The translations under genes and the position numbers were made by a program. From Candidatus Omnitrophota bacterium (GTDB lineage Bacteria > Omnitrophota > Gorgyraeia > Gygaellales > Profunditerraquicolaceae), in assembly GCA_022710715.1 (NCBI GenBank), contig JAKLGJ010000001.1:618041-682040 (forward strand): a stretch of 64,000 nucleotides of DNA, given 5' to 3'. Position 1 is the first letter of the stretch, and each line of letters starts with the position of its first letter. Of the stretch, positions 1-8,963 are shown in pieces. The notes under the pieces are model-generated. The model worked only from the letters and a program-made list of their open reading frames with translations. It had not been told where the DNA came from and ran no database searches.

Positions 1-1087
1 CATACGTTTGGCCGGTCCGGTTGAGGAAACGCCGCGCGTCGTCGATCGTCAGGCGCACCCGGAGGTCTTTTAATCCCGGAAGCGCGACATCCGGGGCATG
101 CCGCTGCGCCATCGCGATGAACAATGGATCAAGTTCGACATAGTCGATCCGCTCGACAGGCTGTTTTACCAATTCCGCAAGGATCCCTCCCACCCCCGCG
201 CCCAGAAGCAGAACGCGCCGCGGATGCGCATGGAAACCGGCGGGAATATGGGCGAATTCTTCGACAAAAACCAGATCCGGGTGGGGCGAGGAGACAACCG
301 GCAAACCGTTGTAATAGATCGTGGTCTGGCTGTTTGCCCGGGTAGCGGCGATAGTCGCGTAGTTGGAAGAACGCATTTCTACCACCGCCTGGCCGGGGAA
401 GAGTTTTGTATACGAGAATTGCTGCAGGAAGCGGGGCGCGGGCGCCAGCAACACGGTCATAGCCGCCACCGCTGCGATCAAAAGGCGGCGGCGCCCGGGT
501 TGGGAAAACCGCACCACAAAAAGCGCGCTGATCAATACGTTGAACGCGATCAGACCCCGGGCGATCTGGAAAGAGTTGAATGCGGATACCAGCGCAAAGG
601 TGAAGATCAATCCGCCCAGCATGGTGCCTGCGGCTTCCCAGGCATAGAGCCGGGTGGTCCGGGCGGCGGGTGCGCGCGGCGCGGAGAATATTTCGCACGA
701 AGCGGTGAATAAAGCGCCGTGAGCGTATCCTGCAGGGAACGAAACCGCCAGAGAGATACCTGCGATGTGCGCGACGCCGATGCCGGATCCGGGAGGGATA
801 CCCAGTAAAAACTTCGCCCATCGGGCGGCCAGCACTCCCAGCGGCAGCGCTAAACAGAAGAGGAATTGCAGAAGAATGAATACCGCAGGCCGGTTTTTAG
901 CCCGGCTAAAGACGTATCCGGCGGTACCTGCGCCCAGCGCTTCCGATAACAGCCAGCCTCCCAGGATCAACCCCAGGGTTAATTCATTCCCGTAAAAAAC
1001 ACAGAGCAGTTCTCTGACCAGAACAGCCTGGGCGATGAGCCCGCTTGCGCCAATTATCAGGATTATGCCGATACTTGAGAAGGTCAT
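1..1087 (-). CDS. Spermidine synthase-like aminopropyltransferase with N-terminal polytopic membrane domain (partial; C-terminus lies beyond window start)
   Basis: Manual minus-strand translation from ATG at 1087 runs to position 1 without stops. Hydrophobic N-terminus MTFSSIGIILIIGASG... then VLLLGAGVGGILAELVKQPVERIDYVELDP, which matches the SpeE GGGDGG...VEID motif with D replaced by V. Not present in the ORF track because it runs off the edge. No obvious RBS. Confidence 0.55.
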   Translation of the reverse strand, partial: MTFSSIGIILIIGASGLIAQAVLVRELLCVFYGNELTLGLILGGWLLSEALGAGTAGYVFSRAKNRPAVFILLQFLFCLALPLGVLAARWAKFLLGIPPGSGIGVAHIAGISLAVSFPAGYAHGALFTASCEIFSAPRAPAARTTRLYAWEAAGTMLGGLIFTFALVSAFNSFQIARGLIAFNVLISALFVVRFSQPGRRRLLIAAVAAMTVLLAPAPRFLQQFSYTKLFPGQAVVEMRSSNYATIAATRANSQTTIYYNGLPVVSSPHPDLVFVEEFAHIPAGFHAHPRRVLLLGAGVGGILAELVKQPVERIDYVELDPLFIAMAQRHAPDVALPGLKDLRVRLTIDDARRFLNRTGQTY

Positions 1088-1128
1088 GAAATAAAAGAGG
1101 GCGAATTGTCTTACGACAATCCGCCCTC
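1088..1128 (-). terminator. Intrinsic terminator downstream of gap
   Basis: 14-bp stem GAGGGCGAATTGTC / GACAATCCGCCCTC (one mismatch) with loop TTAC at 1097-1128. On the minus strand it is followed by TTTTATTTC, immediately after the gap stop at 1145. Confidence 0.7.
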
Positions 1129-1144
1129 TCACGCTGACAGAAGG

Positions 1145-2194
1145 TTACAGGCCTTTTTTAACCATCATTTCGGCCAGGTCCACAACTCTATTCGAATATC
1201 CCCATTCGTTGTCATACCAGGAAAGCACCTTGATGAAATCGTCCTGAATGACCTTGGTGCATAATCCGTCCACGAATGAGCTGTAATCGCAGTGGTTGAA
1301 ATCAATGGAAACCACCGGATCCTCGGTATAACCGAGTATGCCCTTCATCCGCGCTTCGGCGGCAGCCTTCAGCGCCGCGTTGATCTCCGCAGCCGTGGCT
1401 TTCTTGGACAATTTAACGGTCAGATCCACTACCGAAACGTTCGGCGTGGGCACGCGAATGGCGAATCCATCGAGCTTCCCCTTCAATTCCGGAATGACCA
1501 GCGAGATCGCTTTCGCAGCGCCGGTGGAAGTCGGGATCATGGAAAGCGCGGCTGCGCGGGCGCGACGCATATCGGAATGCGCCATATCCTGCAAGCGCTG
1601 ATCGTTGGTATAGGCATGGATGGTGGTCATCAGGCCTTTCTCGATGGTCCAGTTGTCGTTGATGACCTTGGCGATCGGCCCGAGGCAGTTGGTGGTACAG
1701 GAAGCGTTGGAAACGACATTATGCAGCTTGGGGTCGTATTTCTCGTCGTTGACGCCCATGACTATGGTGATATCTTCGCCTTCCGCGGGAGCTGAAATGA
1801 CGACTTTTTTGGCGCCGCCTTTGGTGATATGATTCTCCGCGCCTTTAACCTCTTTCCCCTTCTTGTTCACTCCGTCTTTCTTGACCGTGAACAGGCCGGT
1901 AGATTCGACCACGATATCCACCCCGAAGTCCTTCCAGGGTAATTCCGACGGGTCTCTTTTGGCGAGCACCCTGATCTTTTTGCCGTTGACCACGATATCT
2001 TCGCCTTCGGCTTTCACATCCCCGGGAAAACGACCGTGGACGGAATCATACTTGAACAGGTGAGCGTTGGTTTTTGCGTCGAACAGATCGTTTACCGCAA
2101 CCAGTTCCAGGCTGGAATTCTTACGTTCCAGGACGGCTCTGGCCACGAGACGGCCGATTCTGCCGAAACCGTTAATGCCGATTTTGACTGCCAT
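1145..2194 (-). CDS. gap: Glyceraldehyde-3-phosphate dehydrogenase
   Basis: NGFGRIGR Rossmann motif and SNASCTTNC active-site Cys motif; full-length 349 aa. AGGAGG RBS upstream. Carries a Lys-rich insertion ([18 protein letters not shown]) before the [10 protein letters not shown] segment. Confidence 0.95.
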   Translation of the reverse strand: MAVKIGINGFGRIGRLVARAVLERKNSSLELVAVNDLFDAKTNAHLFKYDSVHGRFPGDVKAEGEDIVVNGKKIRVLAKRDPSELPWKDFGVDIVVESTGLFTVKKDGVNKKGKEVKGAENHITKGGAKKVVISAPAEGEDITIVMGVNDEKYDPKLHNVVSNASCTTNCLGPIAKVINDNWTIEKGLMTTIHAYTNDQRLQDMAHSDMRRARAAALSMIPTSTGAAKAISLVIPELKGKLDGFAIRVPTPNVSVVDLTVKLSKKATAAEINAALKAAAEARMKGILGYTEDPVVSIDFNHCDYSSFVDGLCTKVIQDDFIKVLSWYDNEWGYSNRVVDLAEMMVKKGL

Positions 2195-2279
2195 GTGTTC
2201 CTCCTTGTTTCCCGACCAATTGATTTGTGTGATTGAGACGGGTGCCGGTCCCTTTATCAGGGCCGGCGGGTTGATAAGA

Positions 2280-3290
2280 TTACACGGTGACTTCCCTTAA
2301 TAATTTTGCGGAGCTTTCCGGCGGCGTAGGCACCAGGTAAAATCCGGTCCCCCATTCAAAACCCGCAACGCGGGTCAATTTAGGCATAAATTCCAGATGC
2401 CAGTGATAACTGTCCATATTGGTCGAATCCGGGTTGTTGATCGGCGACGTATGCAGAATGAAGTTATATTCCGGATTGCCGAACACTTTGCGCACTTTGG
2501 CGATGATGCCTTTGAGCATGACCGCCAGGTCGGGAACCGCTTCAAACGGCGTTTCGCAGAAAAAGCTGGTGTGTTTTTTGGGCATAATCCAGATCTCGAA
2601 AGGAAAACGCGAAACGAACGGGCAAAAAGCGATGAAATTCTTGTTTTCCAGCACGATGCGCTCTTTCTCGTCCATTTCCTGACGGATCATATCGCAAAAA
2701 ATGCAGCGCTCCCGATACTCGAAATAATGCTGCGCGCCGATAATCTCTTCCTTTACGCTCTTGGGCACCATCGGCAACGCGATGATCTGCGTATGCGGAT
2801 GCTCCAGAGAGGCGCCGGCGGACGGGCCGTAATTCTTGAAGATCATCACGTACTTGAATCTGCGGTCTTTTTCCAGGTCGAGCGAACGCTGCCGGTACAT
2901 GTGCAGGATATTCGTCACCTCCTGGTCAAGCAGATCGGAGAGATCCTTATGATGATAGGGAGTTTCAATGATGACTTCGTGGGCGCCGATGGCATTGGAC
3001 ATGTCGTACAGACCAACCGGCCTGCGTTCCAGATCGCCTTCTATCTGCAACGCGGGAAATTTATTCGGCACCACGCGCACCTGCCACCCGGGAGAATTCG
3101 GAGGGGTATGATTATCCCTCACCGCCACGATCTCGGCGGGGGTAAGCGATTCGTTCCCGTAACAGAACGGACACGCGCCCGGACGCCAGCCATGCTGCTC
3201 TTCGTGCTCGTATTCTTCCGGTTTGATGGGAGTATCGGTACTGACGATCACCCAGCGTCCGGCTATAGGATCCCTGCGCAGTTCAGACAT
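2280..3290 (-). CDS. Galactose-1-phosphate uridylyltransferase-like HIT-family nucleotidyltransferase (copy 1, canonical motifs)
   Basis: CPFCYGNE zinc motif and EHPHTQI His-Pro-His active-site motif. About 336 aa, the size of GalT family 1. Confidence 0.7.
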   Translation of the reverse strand: MSELRRDPIAGRWVIVSTDTPIKPEEYEHEEQHGWRPGACPFCYGNESLTPAEIVAVRDNHTPPNSPGWQVRVVPNKFPALQIEGDLERRPVGLYDMSNAIGAHEVIIETPYHHKDLSDLLDQEVTNILHMYRQRSLDLEKDRRFKYVMIFKNYGPSAGASLEHPHTQIIALPMVPKSVKEEIIGAQHYFEYRERCIFCDMIRQEMDEKERIVLENKNFIAFCPFVSRFPFEIWIMPKKHTSFFCETPFEAVPDLAVMLKGIIAKVRKVFGNPEYNFILHTSPINNPDSTNMDSYHWHLEFMPKLTRVAGFEWGTGFYLVPTPPESSAKLLREVTV

Positions 3291-3292
3291 AG

Positions 3293-4330
3293 TTAAGGTT
3301 GGGTTATGTTCACTTCACGTAGAAATTTAGCCGCCGCTTCAGGGGTGGTCGGGCAGATATAAAATCCGGTCCCCCATTCAAAACCCGCCACTCGGGTCAG
3401 CCGCGGTGTGATCTCGATATGCCAGTGGTAATCGTCCGCTACCGTCTTCCAGTACCCGATCTTCTGCCGTCTGAACGGAGCGGTATGAATGATATAATTA
3501 TACGGCGGATCGTTGAGCCCGATCTTGAGTTTCAACAGAACCTGCTTCATGATCGTGGCCAGGTCTTTACGTTGCCCTTCCGGAAGATTGACAAAATCGC
3601 AGGAATGTTTTTTGGGCAGGATCCAGACTTCGAACGGAAAACGCGAAGCAAAAGGCACGATCGCGATGAATCCGTCGATCTCCATGATCACCCGTTCTTT
3701 CTGGGCGATCTCCTGGCGGATCAGGTCGCAGAAAATGCATCGTTCGTGGTATTCGTAATAATGCCGCGCTCCTACCAGTTCCTCTTTGACCCGTTTGGGA
3801 TTCACCGGTGTGGCGATCAACTGCGACCGGGAATGTTTGACTTTCCCGCCGCCGGCGGACCAGCCGTGATTTTTGAATACCAGACAGTATTTGAACCGCA
3901 GGTCTTTTTCCAGGTCGAGTATGCGGTTGATGTAACAGGTGACGACTTTGGCGATCTGATCTTCGCTCAAATCGCACATATTCGCGATATGCTGATTGGT
4001 CTCGATGACGATTTCGTGCGCGCCGATGCCGTTCATCACGTCATACAATCCCTGTCCCCGGCGTTCCAGGTCGCCTTCGATGCGCAAAAAAGGAGTCATG
4101 CTTGGTATAACCCGGAGTTCCCAGCCAGGAGTATTGGGCGCGGTCCCGCGCGGACGGATGGCGTAAATCTCTTTCGGGGTGGCGGCTTCATTGCCCTCGT
4201 CAAAAGGGCATTTTTTATCGCTGGGCGGTTCTTTGCGCGTTGTATCGGAGAACTGATCCGGTCTGCGCGCGCGTTCCGTAGCAATAATCACCCATCTACC
4301 GATGATCGGATCTTTTCTTAATTCAGGCAT
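3293..4330 (-). CDS. GalT-like HIT-family paralog (copy 2, active-site motifs degenerate)
   Basis: Collinear with copy 1 over the whole length, but CPFC is CPFDEGNE and HPH is KHSRSQ, so the nucleophilic His is replaced by Arg. Only 2 nt separate it from copy 1. Confidence 0.65.
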   Translation of the reverse strand: MPELRKDPIIGRWVIIATERARRPDQFSDTTRKEPPSDKKCPFDEGNEAATPKEIYAIRPRGTAPNTPGWELRVIPSMTPFLRIEGDLERRGQGLYDVMNGIGAHEIVIETNQHIANMCDLSEDQIAKVVTCYINRILDLEKDLRFKYCLVFKNHGWSAGGGKVKHSRSQLIATPVNPKRVKEELVGARHYYEYHERCIFCDLIRQEIAQKERVIMEIDGFIAIVPFASRFPFEVWILPKKHSCDFVNLPEGQRKDLATIMKQVLLKLKIGLNDPPYNYIIHTAPFRRQKIGYWKTVADDYHWHIEITPRLTRVAGFEWGTGFYICPTTPEAAAKFLREVNITQP

Positions 4331-4398
4331 CTCTGACCCTGCATGCTTGAAATTACGATTAACGTTTGTGCTACAACAACTTAATCCACAAGGTGTAA

Positions 4399-4426
4399 AT
4401 TATAGCACAGATTCATGCCTTTGCAA
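4399..4426 (-). promoter_or_regulatory. Sigma70-type promoter for the GalT-like pair
   Basis: Minus-strand reading TTGCAA (4426-4421), a 16-nt spacer, then a perfect TATAAT (4404-4399). An A-tract (AAAAAAGAG) sits just upstream of the -35 like an UP element. It lies in the only sizeable intergenic gap (4331-4436), about 70 nt upstream of the ATG at 4330. Confidence 0.4.
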
Positions 4427-4436
4427 CTCTTTTTTG

Positions 4437-5381
4437 CTAACTCTGGAAACGTTCGCCTGCGCAAACCTTATGGCCCGCAATAAATTCTGAAACGCTCATT
4501 CTGCGGCCGGCTTCGGCCTGCAATTCCAGCAGTTTCACCACGCCTTGCCCGGCAGCGACCTCAATCCCCTCTTTACTCACCCGCAGCACCTGTCCCGGCG
4601 CGCAGTCGGTCCCGGCATCAGCCGGCGCTGCGGCAAGAACAGCCTGGTGCACTTTGATCAGTTTGCCCCGGAAATGGGTAAAAGCCCCGGGCCACGGTTG
4701 AGCACCCCGCACCAGATTCACTATATGTTGAGCCGGTTGAGCCCAATCGATAAGGCCGTGTTTTTTGGTCAACCGGGGCGCGTAACTGACCTTGCGTCCA
4801 TCCTGTTCGGTCAGGTGGTACTGATTCTTTTGAATGAGCGCCAGACCTTCCAGTAATAAACACGCGGCATCCAGAGAGAGCTGCTTTTCCAGGTCAAGGA
4901 ACGTGTCCGTCCCCTGAATAGCGCGCGGTTTCTGCAGCAACACAGGTCCGGCGTCCATTTCGAGGATCACTTTGATCAGGCTATTGCCGGTCTCTTTTTC
5001 ACCATGCATCAGCGCCCACTGGATCGGCGCTGCGCCGCGGTAACTCGGCAGCATCGATCCATGTATATTTATCGTCATGCTATGCGGAATATCAAGGACT
5101 TTCTGGGATAATTTCTGACCATAGGCAATGAGTACGAAAAGGTCGGCGTCAAGTTTCCGCAGATAAGCTATGGCGTCCGGCGCATTTATATCCGCCGGCT
5201 GAAAAACCGGCACGCCCAGCTCAATCGCGGCCTGTTTGATCACGGTCGGCTGCAGGTGTAGATGCCGGTCTTTGCGCTTATCCTCCTGCGTGACCACGCA
5301 GCAGACATCGAAGCCTTCCTTGATCATCAGCCGCAATGACGGCTCCGCATAATGCGCGCTCCCCAGAAAAACGATCTTCAT
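4437..5381 (-). CDS. fmt: Methionyl-tRNA formyltransferase
   Basis: MKIVFLGS... N-terminal formyltransferase domain (HGSMLPSYRGAAPIQWAL) plus the C-terminal Fmt domain. ATG at 5381 chosen because GGAGAGAGG sits 9 nt upstream; the track's earlier start at 5414 is less likely. Confidence 0.85.
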   Translation of the reverse strand: MKIVFLGSAHYAEPSLRLMIKEGFDVCCVVTQEDKRKDRHLHLQPTVIKQAAIELGVPVFQPADINAPDAIAYLRKLDADLFVLIAYGQKLSQKVLDIPHSMTINIHGSMLPSYRGAAPIQWALMHGEKETGNSLIKVILEMDAGPVLLQKPRAIQGTDTFLDLEKQLSLDAACLLLEGLALIQKNQYHLTEQDGRKVSYAPRLTKKHGLIDWAQPAQHIVNLVRGAQPWPGAFTHFRGKLIKVHQAVLAAAPADAGTDCAPGQVLRVSKEGIEVAAGQGVVKLLELQAEAGRRMSVSEFIAGHKVCAGERFQS

Positions 5382-5394
5382 CGCAGCCTCTCTC

Positions 5395-7251
5395 CTAAAA
5401 AACCGGATCGACATCCACCGTGATAATTATACCCGAATGTTTGAATTCTTTTAAGCGTAATTTTAAAGCGGCCGAGAGCGGCCGCACCGCTTCCGTCGAT
5501 AAAAGGATGGTCCAGTAATAATAACCGCGCAGTTTGGGCGGCTGGCCGGGCAGCAACGAAAGCACGTTCGTTCTTCCGGGCAATGCGTCCGGAGACTGCA
5601 ATCGTTGCCGCAGGGCTTCTGCGGCCGCACGCGCGCGTTCTTCATCCCGTCCCCTCACTTTGACCGCGACAAAATGCCGTACGGGCGGAAAAGCGAATTG
5701 TTTGCGCTGCCGCAGTTCCTCCCGGTAAAAGACCTCCGGGGTATTGTCGACCAGAGCCGTAAAACAGTAATGCTGCCGGTAATTCGACTGCACCACGATC
5801 CGTTTTTCGGTCAGCGCGGCCAGGCCGCACAGAACCGCAAAGGTCTTTTCCGCGGCCCGGAAATCCACGTGGTTAAGAGAATTATCCACTGCCAGCGCGC
5901 AGATCAGATCGAACGCGCGCTCCGGCTGGCGGATGACTGCCTGGGTGGCAATGAAAATATCGGCGCTCTCCCGCGCCCAGGGCTGCCGGACGTCTATTGC
6001 CCTGATGCGCGCTTGCGGGAATATCCGGGCGAGCTCGCTTTCTACTTTTTCCGTTCCCGCGCCGGTGAATTTGATATAACCGGATGCACAGGACGGGCAG
6101 ATCGCCGGCGGTTGTCGGGTATAACCGCAGTAGTGGCAGCGCAGCTTCTGTTCCTGAAAATGATATACCAGATTAACCGCGCAGCGCGGGCATTTCAAAA
6201 CAGCTCCGCAGTGATTACACACTGCCGCCGTAGCGAATCCCTTGCGGTTGAGGAAAACCAGAACTTTTTCCCCCGCTTGCACGGCGAGGGCGATCGCATC
6301 CTGCATGAATTTCGAAAGCACTATCGACTGCCTGCGGCTGACCGCCGGGATATTTTTCATATCGATCAATGAAACAAGCGGATAGGCGCGGCGGCGTTCC
6401 AGCGTACGCAGGCCGGCGAGTTTCTTTTTCGCCAGATTCCAGCTTTCCAGGGAAGGCGCGGTGCTGCCCAGGATACAATGCGCTTTTTCCAGAGCGGCGC
6501 GCATCAATGCCGCTTCCCGGGCGTGATAATGCGGAACCTGGTCCTGTTTGTACCCGTAATCCGCTTCTTCATCAACGATGATCAATCCCAGGCGGTTCAC
6601 CGGAGCGAACAGCGCAGAGCGGGTGCCGATAACCAGGCAACGCGGATGACTGCGGATGCGCTCCCACACCCGCGCTTCCTGCGGCATGTTGCGGTGCAAT
6701 TCTTCGACCGGTTGCGCGATGCGGTCCCGGATACGCATCAGCGCGGCCTGAACCAGCAGTTTATCCGGCAGGAGGACAATGACGGATCTACCCTGCGCCA
6801 GAACGGCGTCGGCTTGATCCAGATACAACGACCAGCGGTCCGTTCCCTCCCGGTCGAAGATCACTTCGGGCAGCGGGGGTTTAGCATCGGCGGTTCCGTG
6901 CGCCGGCACCGGCGCAGCCGGCTGGCAGGGACGTCCGAGACGAAATGCCGCGGGCAATGCGGTTTCGATAGCCTGTCCCCGGGAACAGCAATAATAGTCT
7001 GCAAGCTCTTCAGTCAGTTTGAGCAGATGACGGTCGAGCAACGGGTGCTCGTCGATAATGCCCAGCACGGGTTTCACCGCAGCTACCGCGGTTTTCCGGC
7101 GCACCCCGACCACAAAACCCACTTCTTTCTTATTGCGAAAATTGATCCACACCCGGCAGCCGGGCTGGATCGCCTGCCGCATCGTAACGGGAACGCTGTA
7201 ATCAAACGGTCCTTCAACCGGCAGACCGAGTACCACCTGAACAAATTGCAT
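5395..7251 (-). CDS. priA: Primosomal protein N' (PriA) homolog with degenerate ATPase/helicase motifs
   Basis: N-terminal PriA 3' DNA-binding region, four CxxC pairs (CNHCGAVLKCPRCAVNL...CHYCGYT...CPSCAS) and a C-terminal domain. Walker A reads EGTDRW instead of GSGKT, Walker B reads DEEAD instead of DEEHD, and motif VI GRAGR is absent. Confidence 0.8.
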   Translation of the reverse strand: MQFVQVVLGLPVEGPFDYSVPVTMRQAIQPGCRVWINFRNKKEVGFVVGVRRKTAVAAVKPVLGIIDEHPLLDRHLLKLTEELADYYCCSRGQAIETALPAAFRLGRPCQPAAPVPAHGTADAKPPLPEVIFDREGTDRWSLYLDQADAVLAQGRSVIVLLPDKLLVQAALMRIRDRIAQPVEELHRNMPQEARVWERIRSHPRCLVIGTRSALFAPVNRLGLIIVDEEADYGYKQDQVPHYHAREAALMRAALEKAHCILGSTAPSLESWNLAKKKLAGLRTLERRRAYPLVSLIDMKNIPAVSRRQSIVLSKFMQDAIALAVQAGEKVLVFLNRKGFATAAVCNHCGAVLKCPRCAVNLVYHFQEQKLRCHYCGYTRQPPAICPSCASGYIKFTGAGTEKVESELARIFPQARIRAIDVRQPWARESADIFIATQAVIRQPERAFDLICALAVDNSLNHVDFRAAEKTFAVLCGLAALTEKRIVVQSNYRQHYCFTALVDNTPEVFYREELRQRKQFAFPPVRHFVAVKVRGRDEERARAAAEALRQRLQSPDALPGRTNVLSLLPGQPPKLRGYYYWTILLSTEAVRPLSAALKLRLKEFKHSGIIITVDVDPVF

Positions 7252-8329
7252 CAATAATCTCCTCCACCGCATTCGGTTTTGCCAGCTCTTTCATGCGTTG
7301 CCGCTGCAACGCCAGCGCTTCCGGATGAGCGAGATAGTTACGGATAATGCGCTGTAACCGGGGTATGTCGTTGACCGGCGCGCCAATCCCGTAACGCAAC
7401 AAGGTCTCGCTGTTGCCTGATTCCTGGCCGGGAATTGCGGCAATGAATAAAGGCGGCAACGATTGCACCAGTAATTCCGCAACGCTCAATCCCCCGGGTT
7501 TGGTGATGATCAGGTCGGCCAGGGACATCATTTCAGGCATGGTGTTCACAAAACCGAAAACCTGGACCCGGTCAAGCTTGCGCGCATTCAGACGTTTGAA
7601 CAATTTCCTGTTCCTGGCGCAAACGACCAGCACTTCGCACTCGCCGTGCAAAGCGCAGGCGATTTCTTCCAGAGGCCCAATACCGAACGATCCGGTTACC
7701 ACCAGGACCACGAAGGCCGAAGGAGCAATCCCGTACCGGGCGCGCAATGCCCGCCGCTCGAAAACCTGTTTAAAGACCGGGTCGACGGGAATGCCGGTGA
7801 TGCGTATCGCGCCGGGGTTTACCCCGTAAGAAACAAGTATGTCTCTGGTATGACCGCTGGCCACGCAATAACAATCCGTGTGCCCGGCCAGCCAGAAAGG
7901 ATGCACGCCGAAATCCGTGATCACGGTATACAAACGGGCATGCAGACGGTTCTTTCCTTTGAGTCGCGAAGCCACATCCGAAACCAGAAAATGCGTTGAG
8001 ATTATCACGTCGGGGTTTTGTTCGGTGAGCCAGCGGGCGAACCTGCGGGCAGCCAGATGATTACAGCAGGAGTGCGCGGCCAGAGCCGCGGCGGCGAACG
8101 CAGGCGCGGACGTCAGATAAAACAGCGCGCCCCAGAGCCAGGTCAGATGCAGCACCAGGAAATCATAGCTTGCCAGATAAGCTTTTTTGAACAGGGGCAG
8201 GGAAAAATCCAGGCTGTCCGCCAGAACTACGGTATGCCGGGGGCAGCGTGTACGCACAGCGCCGGCAATAACTTCTGCCGCTTTTTGATGGCCGCGGCCG
8301 GCTGAAGCGTATGCGACGATAATTTTCAT
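7214..8329 (-). CDS. GT28 glycosyltransferase, MGDG synthase / UgtP / MurG-like diacylglycerol glycosyltransferase
   Basis: MKIIVAYASAGRGHQKAAEVIA N-terminal MGDG-synthase-type motif and a C-terminal GT-B domain (ITKPGGLSVAE). Confidence 0.65.
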   Translation of the reverse strand: MKIIVAYASAGRGHQKAAEVIAGAVRTRCPRHTVVLADSLDFSLPLFKKAYLASYDFLVLHLTWLWGALFYLTSAPAFAAAALAAHSCCNHLAARRFARWLTEQNPDVIISTHFLVSDVASRLKGKNRLHARLYTVITDFGVHPFWLAGHTDCYCVASGHTRDILVSYGVNPGAIRITGIPVDPVFKQVFERRALRARYGIAPSAFVVLVVTGSFGIGPLEEIACALHGECEVLVVCARNRKLFKRLNARKLDRVQVFGFVNTMPEMMSLADLIITKPGGLSVAELLVQSLPPLFIAAIPGQESGNSETLLRYGIGAPVNDIPRLQRIIRNYLAHPEALALQRQRMKELAKPNAVEEIIDAICSGGTRSAG

Positions 8330-8889
8330 AAGTGCAGGATTATGTCCGCTGCGTCGGAGAGATCTTCAGCGGTGAAATCCGGGATCACCGACCAGGCGGG
8401 TTTGTTCTCCGGTCGCTCCCTGCCGGAAAACACCAGTATTGTTTTCATACCGGAAGCTTTGCCGGTTTCCACATCGATGAGAGAATCGCCGACAAAATAA
8501 CACTGCTGCAGATCGGGAGTTCGTCCCTGCAGCGCCAGCGCCGCGAAAGCTTTTTCCACGTACCCGGTCCGGGGCTTGCGACAGGCGCAGTTTTCATCGG
8601 AAAGATGGGTGCAGTAATACACGCCGGAAAAGGTAATGCCGTCGCCGAGCTCGTCAAGCATGCGCTGCGTGATCGCGTCAAGCGCCTCCCGGGAATACAT
8701 TTTTTTGGCGACCCCGGCCTGGTTGGAGATGATAAACAGCGCGCAGCCGGCGGCAGTCAGCCGCCGCAGGGCCTCCTGAACCCCGGGCAGGAGCCGGAAT
8801 TCTTCTACGGAAGTCACATACTTATAGTGACCGGGATACGCATTGATCACCCCGTCACGGTCCAGGAATACGATTTTTTGCGGATTCAT
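8326..8889 (-). CDS. gmhB: D-glycero-D-manno-heptose 1,7-bisphosphate phosphatase (HAD family)
   Basis: FLDRDGVIN HAD motif I, GDSLID motif, 187 aa. Start ATG confirmed at 8887-8889. Confidence 0.85.
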   Translation of the reverse strand: MNPQKIVFLDRDGVINAYPGHYKYVTSVEEFRLLPGVQEALRRLTAAGCALFIISNQAGVAKKMYSREALDAITQRMLDELGDGITFSGVYYCTHLSDENCACRKPRTGYVEKAFAALALQGRTPDLQQCYFVGDSLIDVETGKASGMKTILVFSGRERPENKPAWSVIPDFTAEDLSDAADIILHL

Positions 8890-8930
8890 AGATTCATAAG
8901 CGATAAAAAATTAAGTAGGTTGATCGGTAT

Positions 8931-8956
8931 CGGCCGTATGCCCGGGCATACGGCCG
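8931..8956. terminator. Perfect 13-bp GC-rich palindrome between the GT2 gene and gmhB (terminator or attenuator-like hairpin)
   Basis: CGGCCGTATGCCC GGGCATACGGCCG with no mismatches. Only a weak, distant T-tract follows on the minus strand. Confidence 0.4.
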
Positions 8957-8963
8957 AAACTCA

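Noticed and set aside
98-821. Track ORFs 98-712 (+), 124-345 (+), 129-821 (-) and others in the first kilobase
   Set aside because: Arg/Gly/Pro-rich low-complexity translations typical of wrong-frame reading in high-GC DNA. A different minus-strand frame gives a clean membrane protein plus SpeE-like domain instead.
2243-2266. Imperfect hairpin GCCGGTCCC...GGGCCGGC between the GalT-like copy 1 and gap
   Set aside because: The stem has a bulge and no U-tract on the minus strand, and the gap RBS follows directly. Too weak to call a terminator.
2397-4321. Long plus-strand ORFs of about 300 aa (2397-3296 and 3419-4321) antisense to the GalT-like genes
   Set aside because: Fully contained antisense to well-supported genes with no recognisable motifs. 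High-GC antisense ORF artefacts.
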